In this document: positions 56,599-64,000 of the stretch, in pieces
Numbering within the stretch: the stretch's first letter is position 1
How the letters are laid out: every line of letters begins with the position of its first letter
Assembly (NCBI GenBank): GCA_965204375.1
Contig: OZ241986.1
Span: forward strand, 4,864,001-4,928,000
Source of the DNA: Candidatus Latescibacterota bacterium
GTDB lineage: Bacteria > Latescibacterota > UBA2968
DNA: 64,000 bases
Reading direction: 5' to 3'
Program-made: the position numbers and the translations under genes
Notes under the pieces: model-generated
Database searches by the model: none
What the model saw: only the letters and a program-made list of their open reading frames with translations
What the model was told of the DNA's origin: nothing

Positions 56599-57960
56599 CT
56601 ATTCTGCCCGACCCGTCTTTGTTTTTTCTCCAAGCGGAAAAATCAACGTAAACCTCGCCCCGCCCTCTGTCCTGTTCTCCACCCGCACCTGCCCTTCGTT
56701 TTGCATCACAACGCGCTTCACAATCGCCAATCCCAGACCCGTACTATTGGAATTTTCATCTACCCGATAAAAAGGCTCAAATATCTTTTCTCTCAAATGT
56801 TCGGGAATACCACAGCCATCGTCTTCCACACTGATATGCGCCATTTCATCCTCTTTTTTTCCCGTGATCCAGATATGGCGCCTGGCATGTCGCACTGCAT
56901 TGGTAACCAGATTGGTAAGCGCGCGTTTGAAATGCGTCGCATTTGCCCAGACCATCAGGTGTTCACTGTCAATCTCCACGGAAATATCCTCGCGCAATTC
57001 TGCTACCATCTCGCGCAACTCTCTCATTTGTGCATCAACATCGATTTCTGTGCGATGTGAAATATCCTGTTCTAATCGCGCAAAATCCATCAACTCTTCA
57101 ACCAGATCATTGAGTTCATACACCGAGCGTTCAATGCGTTGAATATCCGTATGCTCACCCTTCGATACACCATTATTCTTCAATTGATTGAGCAGAAAAA
57201 AGATACGTGCCAGAGGCGTTCTCAGTTCGTGCGACACCGCTCTTAAAAGCTCCCGCTGTCCATCGACCATCCCCTCAATGCGATCGGCCATGCCATTGAA
57301 ACTACGCGCCAAATCCGCCACAGCATGGCCCTTCCCAACTGGAGACCGGCTGCTCAAATCACCCCTCCCAAACCGCTCGGCAGCATCCGACAATGCGTAA
57401 ACTCGCCGTTCAAAAGGGTGAATCAAAAAATAAATCGCCACACCTATACCCAACAAAATCGCGACCAGAATACCAAAAAAGAAAACATCAATTTGAAAAA
57501 AGAAATTGCCGCCATCGCCCTCACCATCTCCTTCTTCAATCAAATTATCCTGCCATCGAATCATCTCCTCGAGCAGGTATGGTCCCAACACAATAACATC
57601 GCCATTGGGTGCCATCTGGTATGTCTGCAATCTTTTCTCTATGGAAATAGTCACAACCTCTCCAGCTTTCAAACCGTCTTTCTCAGCCGAAGAAAGCGGC
57701 AAAACAAACAACGGCTCCAGCGTGATGGGCATGCGGTGCGTCAGACTGAACATATTGAGCACCAGCAACTGCGCCACGGGATCCGAATCCACAGCCTCGA
57801 TTTCCTCGCGAACCATTGCGATAAGCGCCTGAGTCTTGTCCTCAAAATCAGACTGCCGAACAGAGGCGACCCACTGCTTTGACATTGCCAAAAATCCAAA
57901 CGCACTCAAAAGCAAAACAATGGCAATTCCCGCATAAATACGGATAAATTGTTTCCTCAT
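56599..57960 (-). CDS. Sensor histidine kinase (RstB/CpxA-like)
   Basis: Two TM segments, HAMP, SHELRTPL, NLVTNA, VEDDGCG, FEPF, GLGL, GGARF. Confidence 0.93.
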   Translation of the reverse strand: MRKQFIRIYAGIAIVLLLSAFGFLAMSKQWVASVRQSDFEDKTQALIAMVREEIEAVDSDPVAQLLVLNMFSLTHRMPITLEPLFVLPLSSAEKDGLKAGEVVTISIEKRLQTYQMAPNGDVIVLGPYLLEEMIRWQDNLIEEGDGEGDGGNFFFQIDVFFFGILVAILLGIGVAIYFLIHPFERRVYALSDAAERFGRGDLSSRSPVGKGHAVADLARSFNGMADRIEGMVDGQRELLRAVSHELRTPLARIFFLLNQLKNNGVSKGEHTDIQRIERSVYELNDLVEELMDFARLEQDISHRTEIDVDAQMRELREMVAELREDISVEIDSEHLMVWANATHFKRALTNLVTNAVRHARRHIWITGKKEDEMAHISVEDDGCGIPEHLREKIFEPFYRVDENSNSTGLGLAIVKRVVMQNEGQVRVENRTEGGARFTLIFPLGEKTKTGRAE

Positions 57961-57973
57961 CGGTCACTCGCTT

Positions 57974-58669
57974 TCACTCCGCGCCGACCAACAGATAACC
58001 CACACCGCGCACAGTCTTGATCGAAACAGATGTTGAACTATCGCCGCCGAGTTTTTGGCGAAGGCGCGAAATGTACACATCCACGCTGCGATCCAACCCA
58101 TCGTAATCGTAGTTAAACAACGCCTGATAAATATCCTGCCGACTCACCACTTCACCGGCCTGATTGGCCAGATAATGGAGCAAATCAAATTCATAAGTCG
58201 TAAGATCAACGACGCGTTCTCCCATCCTGACCTCCCGGCGATTTGCATCCACCATCAAATCCCCCACCATCACCCGCTTTGACGCCGTGGGTTTCTGGGT
58301 ACTAACGGCCCTGCGCAGCAACGCGCGCACCCTTGCCAGAAGCAATTGGGGTCGCACGGGTTTGGTCACATAATCATCACCACCCATCTCCAGACCCAAA
58401 ATTTCATCTAATTCGTCATCTCGAGCCGTCAAAAATAAAATTGGCCCATCGTATTCTGGACGCACTTCCCGGCAGACAGTATATCCGTTCATCTCCGGCA
58501 ACATAACATCCAGAATGATCAGATCGGGCGGAGAAGCCAAAATGAGATCTCGAGCAGCCCTGCCCTCGGACTCGTGCCAGACCACAAATCCCTCATTCTG
58601 CAAAAAATCGCGCGTCAAATCCGCCAATTCCCTATCGTCTTCAACCAGCAAAATCGTCTGATCTGCCAT
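57974..58669 (-). CDS. OmpR/PhoB-family response regulator (RstA-like)
   Basis: LLVEDD, LDVMLP, LTA, DDYVTKP, winged helix RSVDVYISRLRQKL...TVRGVGY. Start trimmed to MADQTILL. Confidence 0.93.
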   Translation of the reverse strand: MADQTILLVEDDRELADLTRDFLQNEGFVVWHESEGRAARDLILASPPDLIILDVMLPEMNGYTVCREVRPEYDGPILFLTARDDELDEILGLEMGGDDYVTKPVRPQLLLARVRALLRRAVSTQKPTASKRVMVGDLMVDANRREVRMGERVVDLTTYEFDLLHYLANQAGEVVSRQDIYQALFNYDYDGLDRSVDVYISRLRQKLGGDSSTSVSIKTVRGVGYLLVGAE

Positions 58670-58704
58670 GGGATTTATCTCTGATTTTGGATTTGTCTGC
58701 TCAT

Positions 58705-59580
58705 TTACACCAGACGCTTCACGGTTTCCGCAATCTGTGCGCGTTGTGCATCGCTCGCCGGTCGCCCTGGCGGCCTCGGGTCTCCACAATCAACCCCCAA
58801 TCGCGCACTCAACGCCACCTTTATCACCGAATGAAAGCCGCCGCCTGTGCTCAACATCTCATAAGCACGCGATGCTTTATCCTGTGCTGCTTCTGCCGCC
58901 TTCAAATCCCCTGCCCGATACGCTTTCCAGATCGCCACCCACAATTCGGGAAACACATTCAGCGGCCCATCCACACACCCACACGCGCCAATTGTCATCG
59001 CCGGCAACATCAATCGGTGATTGCCAATAAAACACGACAACCCCATTCCGGCAAACGTCCGTACATTAGCAAACGTCTGTGCCGAATGCTTTAATCCCTT
59101 CAATTGTGGCACGCGGTCTTGAATTTTTGTCATCATCCCAGGCGTAATTTCCACGCCTGTTGCCCCCGGCAAATTGTACACAAAGAGTGGTAGATCAGCA
59201 GCTCCTGCCACAATCCGATAATGCTCGGCAATATCGTCGTCATCGCGCCGATAAAAAAACGGCGGCACACAACACAGCGCATCTGCACCCACACGGGCTG
59301 CGTGCTCGGCCAACTGCGCTGCGCGGTCTGTTGTTGGCGCACCCACATGCATAATAACTTTTGCACGCCCATTCGATTGATCCACAATCGCCGATGCAAC
59401 CTGCATATTTTCATCATCGTGCAACAACACACTCTCCCCAGTACCCCCCGCGACCCAAAAACCGTGTACACCGGCATCGATATTAAACTCTACAATTTTG
59501 CGAAACACCGCTTCGTTAAACTGTCCATCCTGTCCCATAGGTGTCGCAATAGCAGGTACTACGCCTTCAAAATCGCCCAT
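58705..59580 (-). CDS. Dihydrodipicolinate synthase/N-acetylneuraminate lyase family aldolase
   Basis: GGTGE, VPPFFY, YNLP.ATG, GLKHS. Confidence 0.9.
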   Translation of the reverse strand: MGDFEGVVPAIATPMGQDGQFNEAVFRKIVEFNIDAGVHGFWVAGGTGESVLLHDDENMQVASAIVDQSNGRAKVIMHVGAPTTDRAAQLAEHAARVGADALCCVPPFFYRRDDDDIAEHYRIVAGAADLPLFVYNLPGATGVEITPGMMTKIQDRVPQLKGLKHSAQTFANVRTFAGMGLSCFIGNHRLMLPAMTIGACGCVDGPLNVFPELWVAIWKAYRAGDLKAAEAAQDKASRAYEMLSTGGGFHSVIKVALSARLGVDCGDPRPPGRPASDAQRAQIAETVKRLV

Positions 59581-59601
59581 TCAAATCTCCCGTTTTTAGA
59601 T

Positions 59602-60363
59602 TCATTGCCCCAGCGTGCGAATATCCAATCGCGTAACACTCACATGTCCTGCGCGCAAAACCATACCATCTGTGCCCGCGCGCTCTTCTACCTCTGGCTG
59701 ATCGATATTGTGATAATACCCCTCTTCGGATGCCTCAAAACACGACGTGTAAAACGTGTGTCCAAGCACTGTTGGTATAACGCGCCAGTCATCAGATGGT
59801 TCAGCCGGCATATTCACATTCCACGTCACGGGATCGGACAGAAAATCTGTCCGATTATTCAAAAATGCAAATACCCGGTGCAACATCGCGCGACACTTTT
59901 CCAGCAACGGCTCCCGCACATCGGGTTGCATCGCACGAGCCTCAACCCACTTTCGAAACACCTGTCTGGGCAAAACCTGTGACAATGCCACGGCTGGCAA
60001 TTCCGCGATATTGGCTTCTAAGCCTGCTCCAATCGTCCCCGATGAAAGCGCGAAACTCAACCCCGCATTGCTGCCCATATTAATACCCGAAATCACCAGA
60101 TCGGGTTTGCCGCCATCAAACACGTGATAAATGCCAAAATTCGCGCAATCCGCTGGCGTCCCCGAAAACGAGTATGTCTCACACGCAAATCCATCCAACC
60201 GCTCGACATGACGTGTGCCAAACCGCGTCATCGCCTTGCCTTTCCAACTCTGCTCTTCGGCAGGCACCACGGCTTTCACATCTCCCATCACCTGAAAATA
60301 ATCCACTGCAAACAGAAACAGAGGAGAATCCAAACTGTCGTCATTGGTCAATAAAATTTTCAA
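59602..60363 (-). CDS. surE: 5'/3'-nucleotidase SurE
   Basis: ILLTNDD, P..EQS, GTPADC, PDLVISGINMGSN, SSGTIGA, NVNMP, VSVT. Confidence 0.88.
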   Translation of the reverse strand: MKILLTNDDSLDSPLFLFAVDYFQVMGDVKAVVPAEEQSWKGKAMTRFGTRHVERLDGFACETYSFSGTPADCANFGIYHVFDGGKPDLVISGINMGSNAGLSFALSSGTIGAGLEANIAELPAVALSQVLPRQVFRKWVEARAMQPDVREPLLEKCRAMLHRVFAFLNNRTDFLSDPVTWNVNMPAEPSDDWRVIPTVLGHTFYTSCFEASEEGYYHNIDQPEVEERAGTDGMVLRAGHVSVTRLDIRTLGQ

Positions 60364-60366
60364 AAA

Positions 60367-61863
60367 TCACACCCCAATCTCCTCAAAAGGATACATCGGC
60401 TCGCGGCGAAACGCGTATTCAAAACCTCGCATATCCGCCGCTGTTGCGCCGGGTGTATCCACCCGAATTAAAGCCGTACAAACCGGCTGGTATGCCGCAA
60501 CAGGTGCATGCACACCCTTGGCTACAACCACCTGAAACGCGGCGGGATCGAGATCGCAACTCGTCATCAACCCCAGACTCACGGGCACAGCGCGCCGCGA
60601 CGTCAAACTAATTGTAATACCCGTATCCGTCTCCACAATCGCCGTGGGACCCATATCAAAAGACGTTCGCCCGCCGTGTCGCACCTCAGACTCTCTGTAC
60701 TTCCCCGCGTGCAAACTGCGCACCCGCACCTCTGCTCTCAAAGGCGCACCATGTAAATCATCCGTCTTACCTCCGATATCCAGCGCGAGGCGATTTCCAA
60801 CCCCTGCATCTCGCGCTCGCTCCTGTGATTCGGGATCAAAAATACACACAAAGCCCGTCGTATTCCCCCGCCTGTGCAATTCGTGCAAAATCTCTGTACC
60901 ATCGCCAGCAGATCCCCCACCAACATTATCGCCCATATCGAGCAAACAAACAGGTCCCTCTTGTCCCACCGCCATATCGACAGCCTCGGGAACAGCGATA
61001 TACTCTCCCACAAATTCCGCGCGGTGAGCATACAAATAATCCGATAGACGATTCGCCAGCACCTGTGCCCGATCCCTATCACCATCTGTCACCACCACAA
61101 ATGCCGACCCCATCTCCTCTACATCGGCATACGGAAAACCCAGCACAATACTATTCGACAAAACACCTATCTCTTTCAACATTTCATCTGCCAATTCATA
61201 CATCGGCAAACACGGCGGCGCAAAAGTCGATTGACGCTCGATATTAATCCCAATAGGCGGAAAAGCACCCGCTTGCACAGGCTCCACTTCCCCTTTCAGC
61301 GTTTGCACCATCAACGACGCAGCTTCCAACCCGCGCTGTTTCTGATCGAGATGGGGATTCGAGCGATAGGCAATGGTCGCATCGCACGCCGCAACCATGC
61401 GCGGCGACAAATTGGCATGCGGATCAATCGTGCAAATAATCGGCTTCTCAGGCCCAACCATCTCGCGCAAGCGCGATAACCAGTGCCCATCCATATCGCG
61501 GTACTCATCGCCCTCCCCCGAATTTGCCCCGTGAGGTGCCACGAGATACCCATCCACTTCGCCCACAGTCTCCACCTCATCAAACATCAACCGCATCAAT
61601 TCTCGACACGTCTCTCTGGTAATGCGTCCAGAAGGCGTTGTCCCCGCATGAAAAATCGGCAGTGCATCTATGCCTGCCGACTCCAAACCTTCTAAAAATC
61701 CACTGACTTCGTGGTGTCCACCCGAATAGTGATCATACATCGCCCGACCCGTAAAAATCCCGTCCCGTCGAAACGAATCCATAGTCGTTGGCGTGCTGAT
61801 AAACGTATTCGACTCGTGCAACAGCGAAATAATGCCCACGCGCATCGGGAATATTCCTTTCAT
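60367..61863 (-). CDS. M81 family metallopeptidase (MlrC-like)
   Basis: HESNTF, PHGA, DPHANL, YRSNPHLD, GFPYADV, DMGDNVGGG, VVAKG. Confidence 0.9.
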   Translation of the reverse strand: MKGIFPMRVGIISLLHESNTFISTPTTMDSFRRDGIFTGRAMYDHYSGGHHEVSGFLEGLESAGIDALPIFHAGTTPSGRITRETCRELMRLMFDEVETVGEVDGYLVAPHGANSGEGDEYRDMDGHWLSRLREMVGPEKPIICTIDPHANLSPRMVAACDATIAYRSNPHLDQKQRGLEAASLMVQTLKGEVEPVQAGAFPPIGINIERQSTFAPPCLPMYELADEMLKEIGVLSNSIVLGFPYADVEEMGSAFVVVTDGDRDRAQVLANRLSDYLYAHRAEFVGEYIAVPEAVDMAVGQEGPVCLLDMGDNVGGGSAGDGTEILHELHRRGNTTGFVCIFDPESQERARDAGVGNRLALDIGGKTDDLHGAPLRAEVRVRSLHAGKYRESEVRHGGRTSFDMGPTAIVETDTGITISLTSRRAVPVSLGLMTSCDLDPAAFQVVVAKGVHAPVAAYQPVCTALIRVDTPGATAADMRGFEYAFRREPMYPFEEIGV

Positions 61864-62300
61864 ATTTCCACAACGAGATACGTCTCCTCCACCGTCACCT
61901 CAAACGTCTCTGCCACATAAGGACCCTTTACCAACCCCGCCATATCTCCCTCGCCCTCTATCTCTGTGCCCTGTGCAATTTCCACCTCATAGCTGCGCAC
62001 GCGCACACTGGAAGGATCGACCCACGACTGCCCCGTCTTAATATCGTATTCCCATCCATGCCATGGACACCGCAAAATTTCCCCCTTGCGCGTGTACTCG
62101 TATTCTCCCGGCACTCTCGCGGTTACAAAGCCCGACACCCGCCCCTTGCACAGCGCACCCCCCTGATGAGGGCATCGATTCCTCAGGGCATAAAATTCGC
62201 CGTGAACATTAAACACCCCAATCTCCCGCCCCTCAATCGTCACCAACTTCCGCTCACCTGGCGGAATCTCATCAATAGTGCCAATAATGTGTTTCGCCAT
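61860..62300 (-). CDS. Rieske [2Fe-2S] ferredoxin
   Basis: CPHQGG and CPWHGW. Confidence 0.93.
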   Translation of the reverse strand: MAKHIIGTIDEIPPGERKLVTIEGREIGVFNVHGEFYALRNRCPHQGGALCKGRVSGFVTARVPGEYEYTRKGEILRCPWHGWEYDIKTGQSWVDPSSVRVRSYEVEIAQGTEIEGEGDMAGLVKGPYVAETFEVTVEETYLVVEI

Positions 62301-62308
62301 CACGCTCC

Positions 62309-63400
62309 TCACGCCAACTGATACAACGCCCGCGCATTCTCCGCCAGAATATTGCGCCGCACATCCTTGTCCATACCCGAGGGCAGAGCCACATCGGGCG
62401 CGTCAAAATCCCAGTGGGGATAATCCGTGGCAAACATCAACTTATCGTTCATATCCATATGATCCATCATCTGAAAAAAGTACTCGCGTTGTGGGGGTTC
62501 TTCCATAGGCTGCGTACTGATCCAAAAATGATCGCGGACATACTCCGATGGCAGCCGCTTCAAATGTGACAACTCCACCTTCAACTTCTGATAACAACTA
62601 TCCAGTCGCCACATCAACGCGGGCATCCACGCAAATCCTCCCTCAATCAAAACCACTTTCAAATCCGGAAATGCCTCAAACACGCCTTCATACACCAAAC
62701 TCGTCACCTGCGCCTGAAATGCCGTGGGCATGCCCCCGTGATCCTCAATATAATGCGAAGGCTTGCCCGCGCCCGTAATCGGGCCCGCGCCTGTACCGCC
62801 AAAATGAATCGCAATGGGAAAGCCATTTCTCACCGCAGCCTCATACACCTTCCAGTACTTGCGACTGCCCAGAGGTTCCATAGTCCGCACGACGAGAAGC
62901 ACCTGCACAAATCCCGGATGATCGCCCATGCGGTCAATTTCTGCCGCGGCCGACTCGCCATTTTCATAAGGCGCAATCACAGACCCGCGCAACCGGGGTT
63001 CGCGACTGAGCCACGCATCGGCTTGCCAATCGTTCACAGCCTGTCCCATCGCCTCAGCATAACGCAAATTTTGCTGCCCACCCACGCCGATCAAAGGCGT
63101 TAAAATGCCGTAATCCATATTCCACTCATCCAGCAATTGCGCGCGCAAAAAATCCAGATCGGATCCCGGCGGTCCCGAAGGCGGCCATGCATCGTGACGC
63201 GCGGCATTTGGCACAGCGCGCGGATACGCCGACCCGATGCGTCCGCGACCACCAATAGTTCGGTGATAATCGTGCCATTCCTCCGCCAGATATTGAAGCC
63301 ACATATCCCCCGACTTCATCGTGACGTGAACATCGCAATCAATCACGGCTGTCTTCTTTCGCGTTTCTATTTTTACCTCATCCATCAGCGTATCAGCCAT
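62309..63400 (-). CDS. Amidohydrolase family protein (Amidohydro_2)
   Basis: IDCDVH, NDW, IH, EGG..W, STQP, FATDYPHWD. GGAGG RBS before MADTLM. Confidence 0.9.
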   Translation of the reverse strand: MADTLMDEVKIETRKKTAVIDCDVHVTMKSGDMWLQYLAEEWHDYHRTIGGRGRIGSAYPRAVPNAARHDAWPPSGPPGSDLDFLRAQLLDEWNMDYGILTPLIGVGGQQNLRYAEAMGQAVNDWQADAWLSREPRLRGSVIAPYENGESAAAEIDRMGDHPGFVQVLLVVRTMEPLGSRKYWKVYEAAVRNGFPIAIHFGGTGAGPITGAGKPSHYIEDHGGMPTAFQAQVTSLVYEGVFEAFPDLKVVLIEGGFAWMPALMWRLDSCYQKLKVELSHLKRLPSEYVRDHFWISTQPMEEPPQREYFFQMMDHMDMNDKLMFATDYPHWDFDAPDVALPSGMDKDVRRNILAENARALYQLA

Positions 63401-63540
63401 CTTGTGCCTCCTTTTAAGATACCGTTCAATCACATAACAGATTATAACCCAACACACCGAGGAAAGCAAACCCGATATGCGCTGTATCTGTATCACTCAA
63501 AAGATAGGACTTTATCTCTTCAATATCAAATGCCCAACTC

Positions 63541-63569
63541 TTGACAGTGAGGAGATTTTTAAATAGACT
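63541..63569 (+). promoter_or_regulatory. Putative sigma70 promoter
   Basis: TTGACA, 17 bp, TAGACT, about 60 bp upstream of the ATG at 63631. Confidence 0.55.
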
Positions 63570-63630
63570 CTGTTGGCGGTTATTAAAGACTACGGATAAA
63601 TGAGATTATATATAAACCTTGGATCACAAT

Positions 63631-64000
63631 ATGCCCCGGATTTTTGACAACATTGAACAAAGCCTTCACCCTGCATTGGTAGAGACTATGGAGGTCTCAG
63701 AACGCGCGGATTTCTGCGTAGGCTATTTCAATCTTCGAGGCTGGCGTTCAATCGACGAATACGTCGAAAAGTGGGCAGGAGGAGATGGTCAATGTTGTCG
63801 CCTGCTCGTTGGCATGCAGCAGTTGCCACACGAAGAGTTACGGCTTGCCAAAAGTTTTGCAGCCGACCAGGGAGGACTCGACAACCAGACCGCGTCTCGG
63901 CTCAAAAAAAGACTGGCGGAAGAATTTCGAGAACAACTAATCCTGGGTGCTCCGACCAACGCGGACGAGGCGGGTCTGCGACGGCTGGCGGCGCAGATTA
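63631..64000 (+). CDS. PLD-domain/SNF2-helicase restriction-associated protein, N-terminus (partial)
   Basis: Manual translation MPRIFDNIEQSLHPAL...ADFCVGYFNLRGW...CRLLVGMQ...EFREQL.LGAPTNADEAGLRRLAAQI. Open to the window end. Confidence 0.75.
   Translation, partial: MPRIFDNIEQSLHPALVETMEVSERADFCVGYFNLRGWRSIDEYVEKWAGGDGQCCRLLVGMQQLPHEELRLAKSFAADQGGLDNQTASRLKKRLAEEFREQLILGAPTNADEAGLRRLAAQI

Noticed and set aside
1-64000. tRNA, rRNA, prophage, integrase or IS elements
   Set aside because: No such signatures were recognised in intergenic regions or ORFs.

Overview
Bacterial window of about 55 genes, mostly moderately GC-rich. The gene content (secreted LRR proteins with paired EF-hand/dockerin-like motifs, DUF6785-type membrane proteins, GWxTD proteins, PorV-like barrel, many sulfatases and PhyH dioxygenases) suggests an FCB-adjacent lineage such as Latescibacterota, possibly host-associated; this is inference only. 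Main blocks: (1) 6.2-30.3 kb, a divergent uptake and catabolism locus without susD. A TonB-dependent receptor, a T9SS-CTD-like protein and a PorV-like barrel face two paralogous DUF6785/DUF6784-type membrane proteins, two GWxTD proteins, a sialidase-like protein, two sulfatases and redox/lyase enzymes. (2) 40.5-45.4 kb, a secreted internalin-like LRR cluster with cohesin-like and dockerin-like modules, a dockerin-tagged thioredoxin and a decayed third LRR copy. (3) 49.3-53.4 kb, an AT-richer defence/TA hotspot with R-M and TA debris, an S49 protease pair and an EEP nuclease pair. (4) Housekeeping and catabolic genes (ackA, class I fumarase, moaB, surE, a two-component system). Many gene junctions carry short N- or C-terminal remnants of deleted genes. 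No rRNA, tRNA, CRISPR array, integrase or intact transposase was seen. All family calls come from motif recognition, not database searches.
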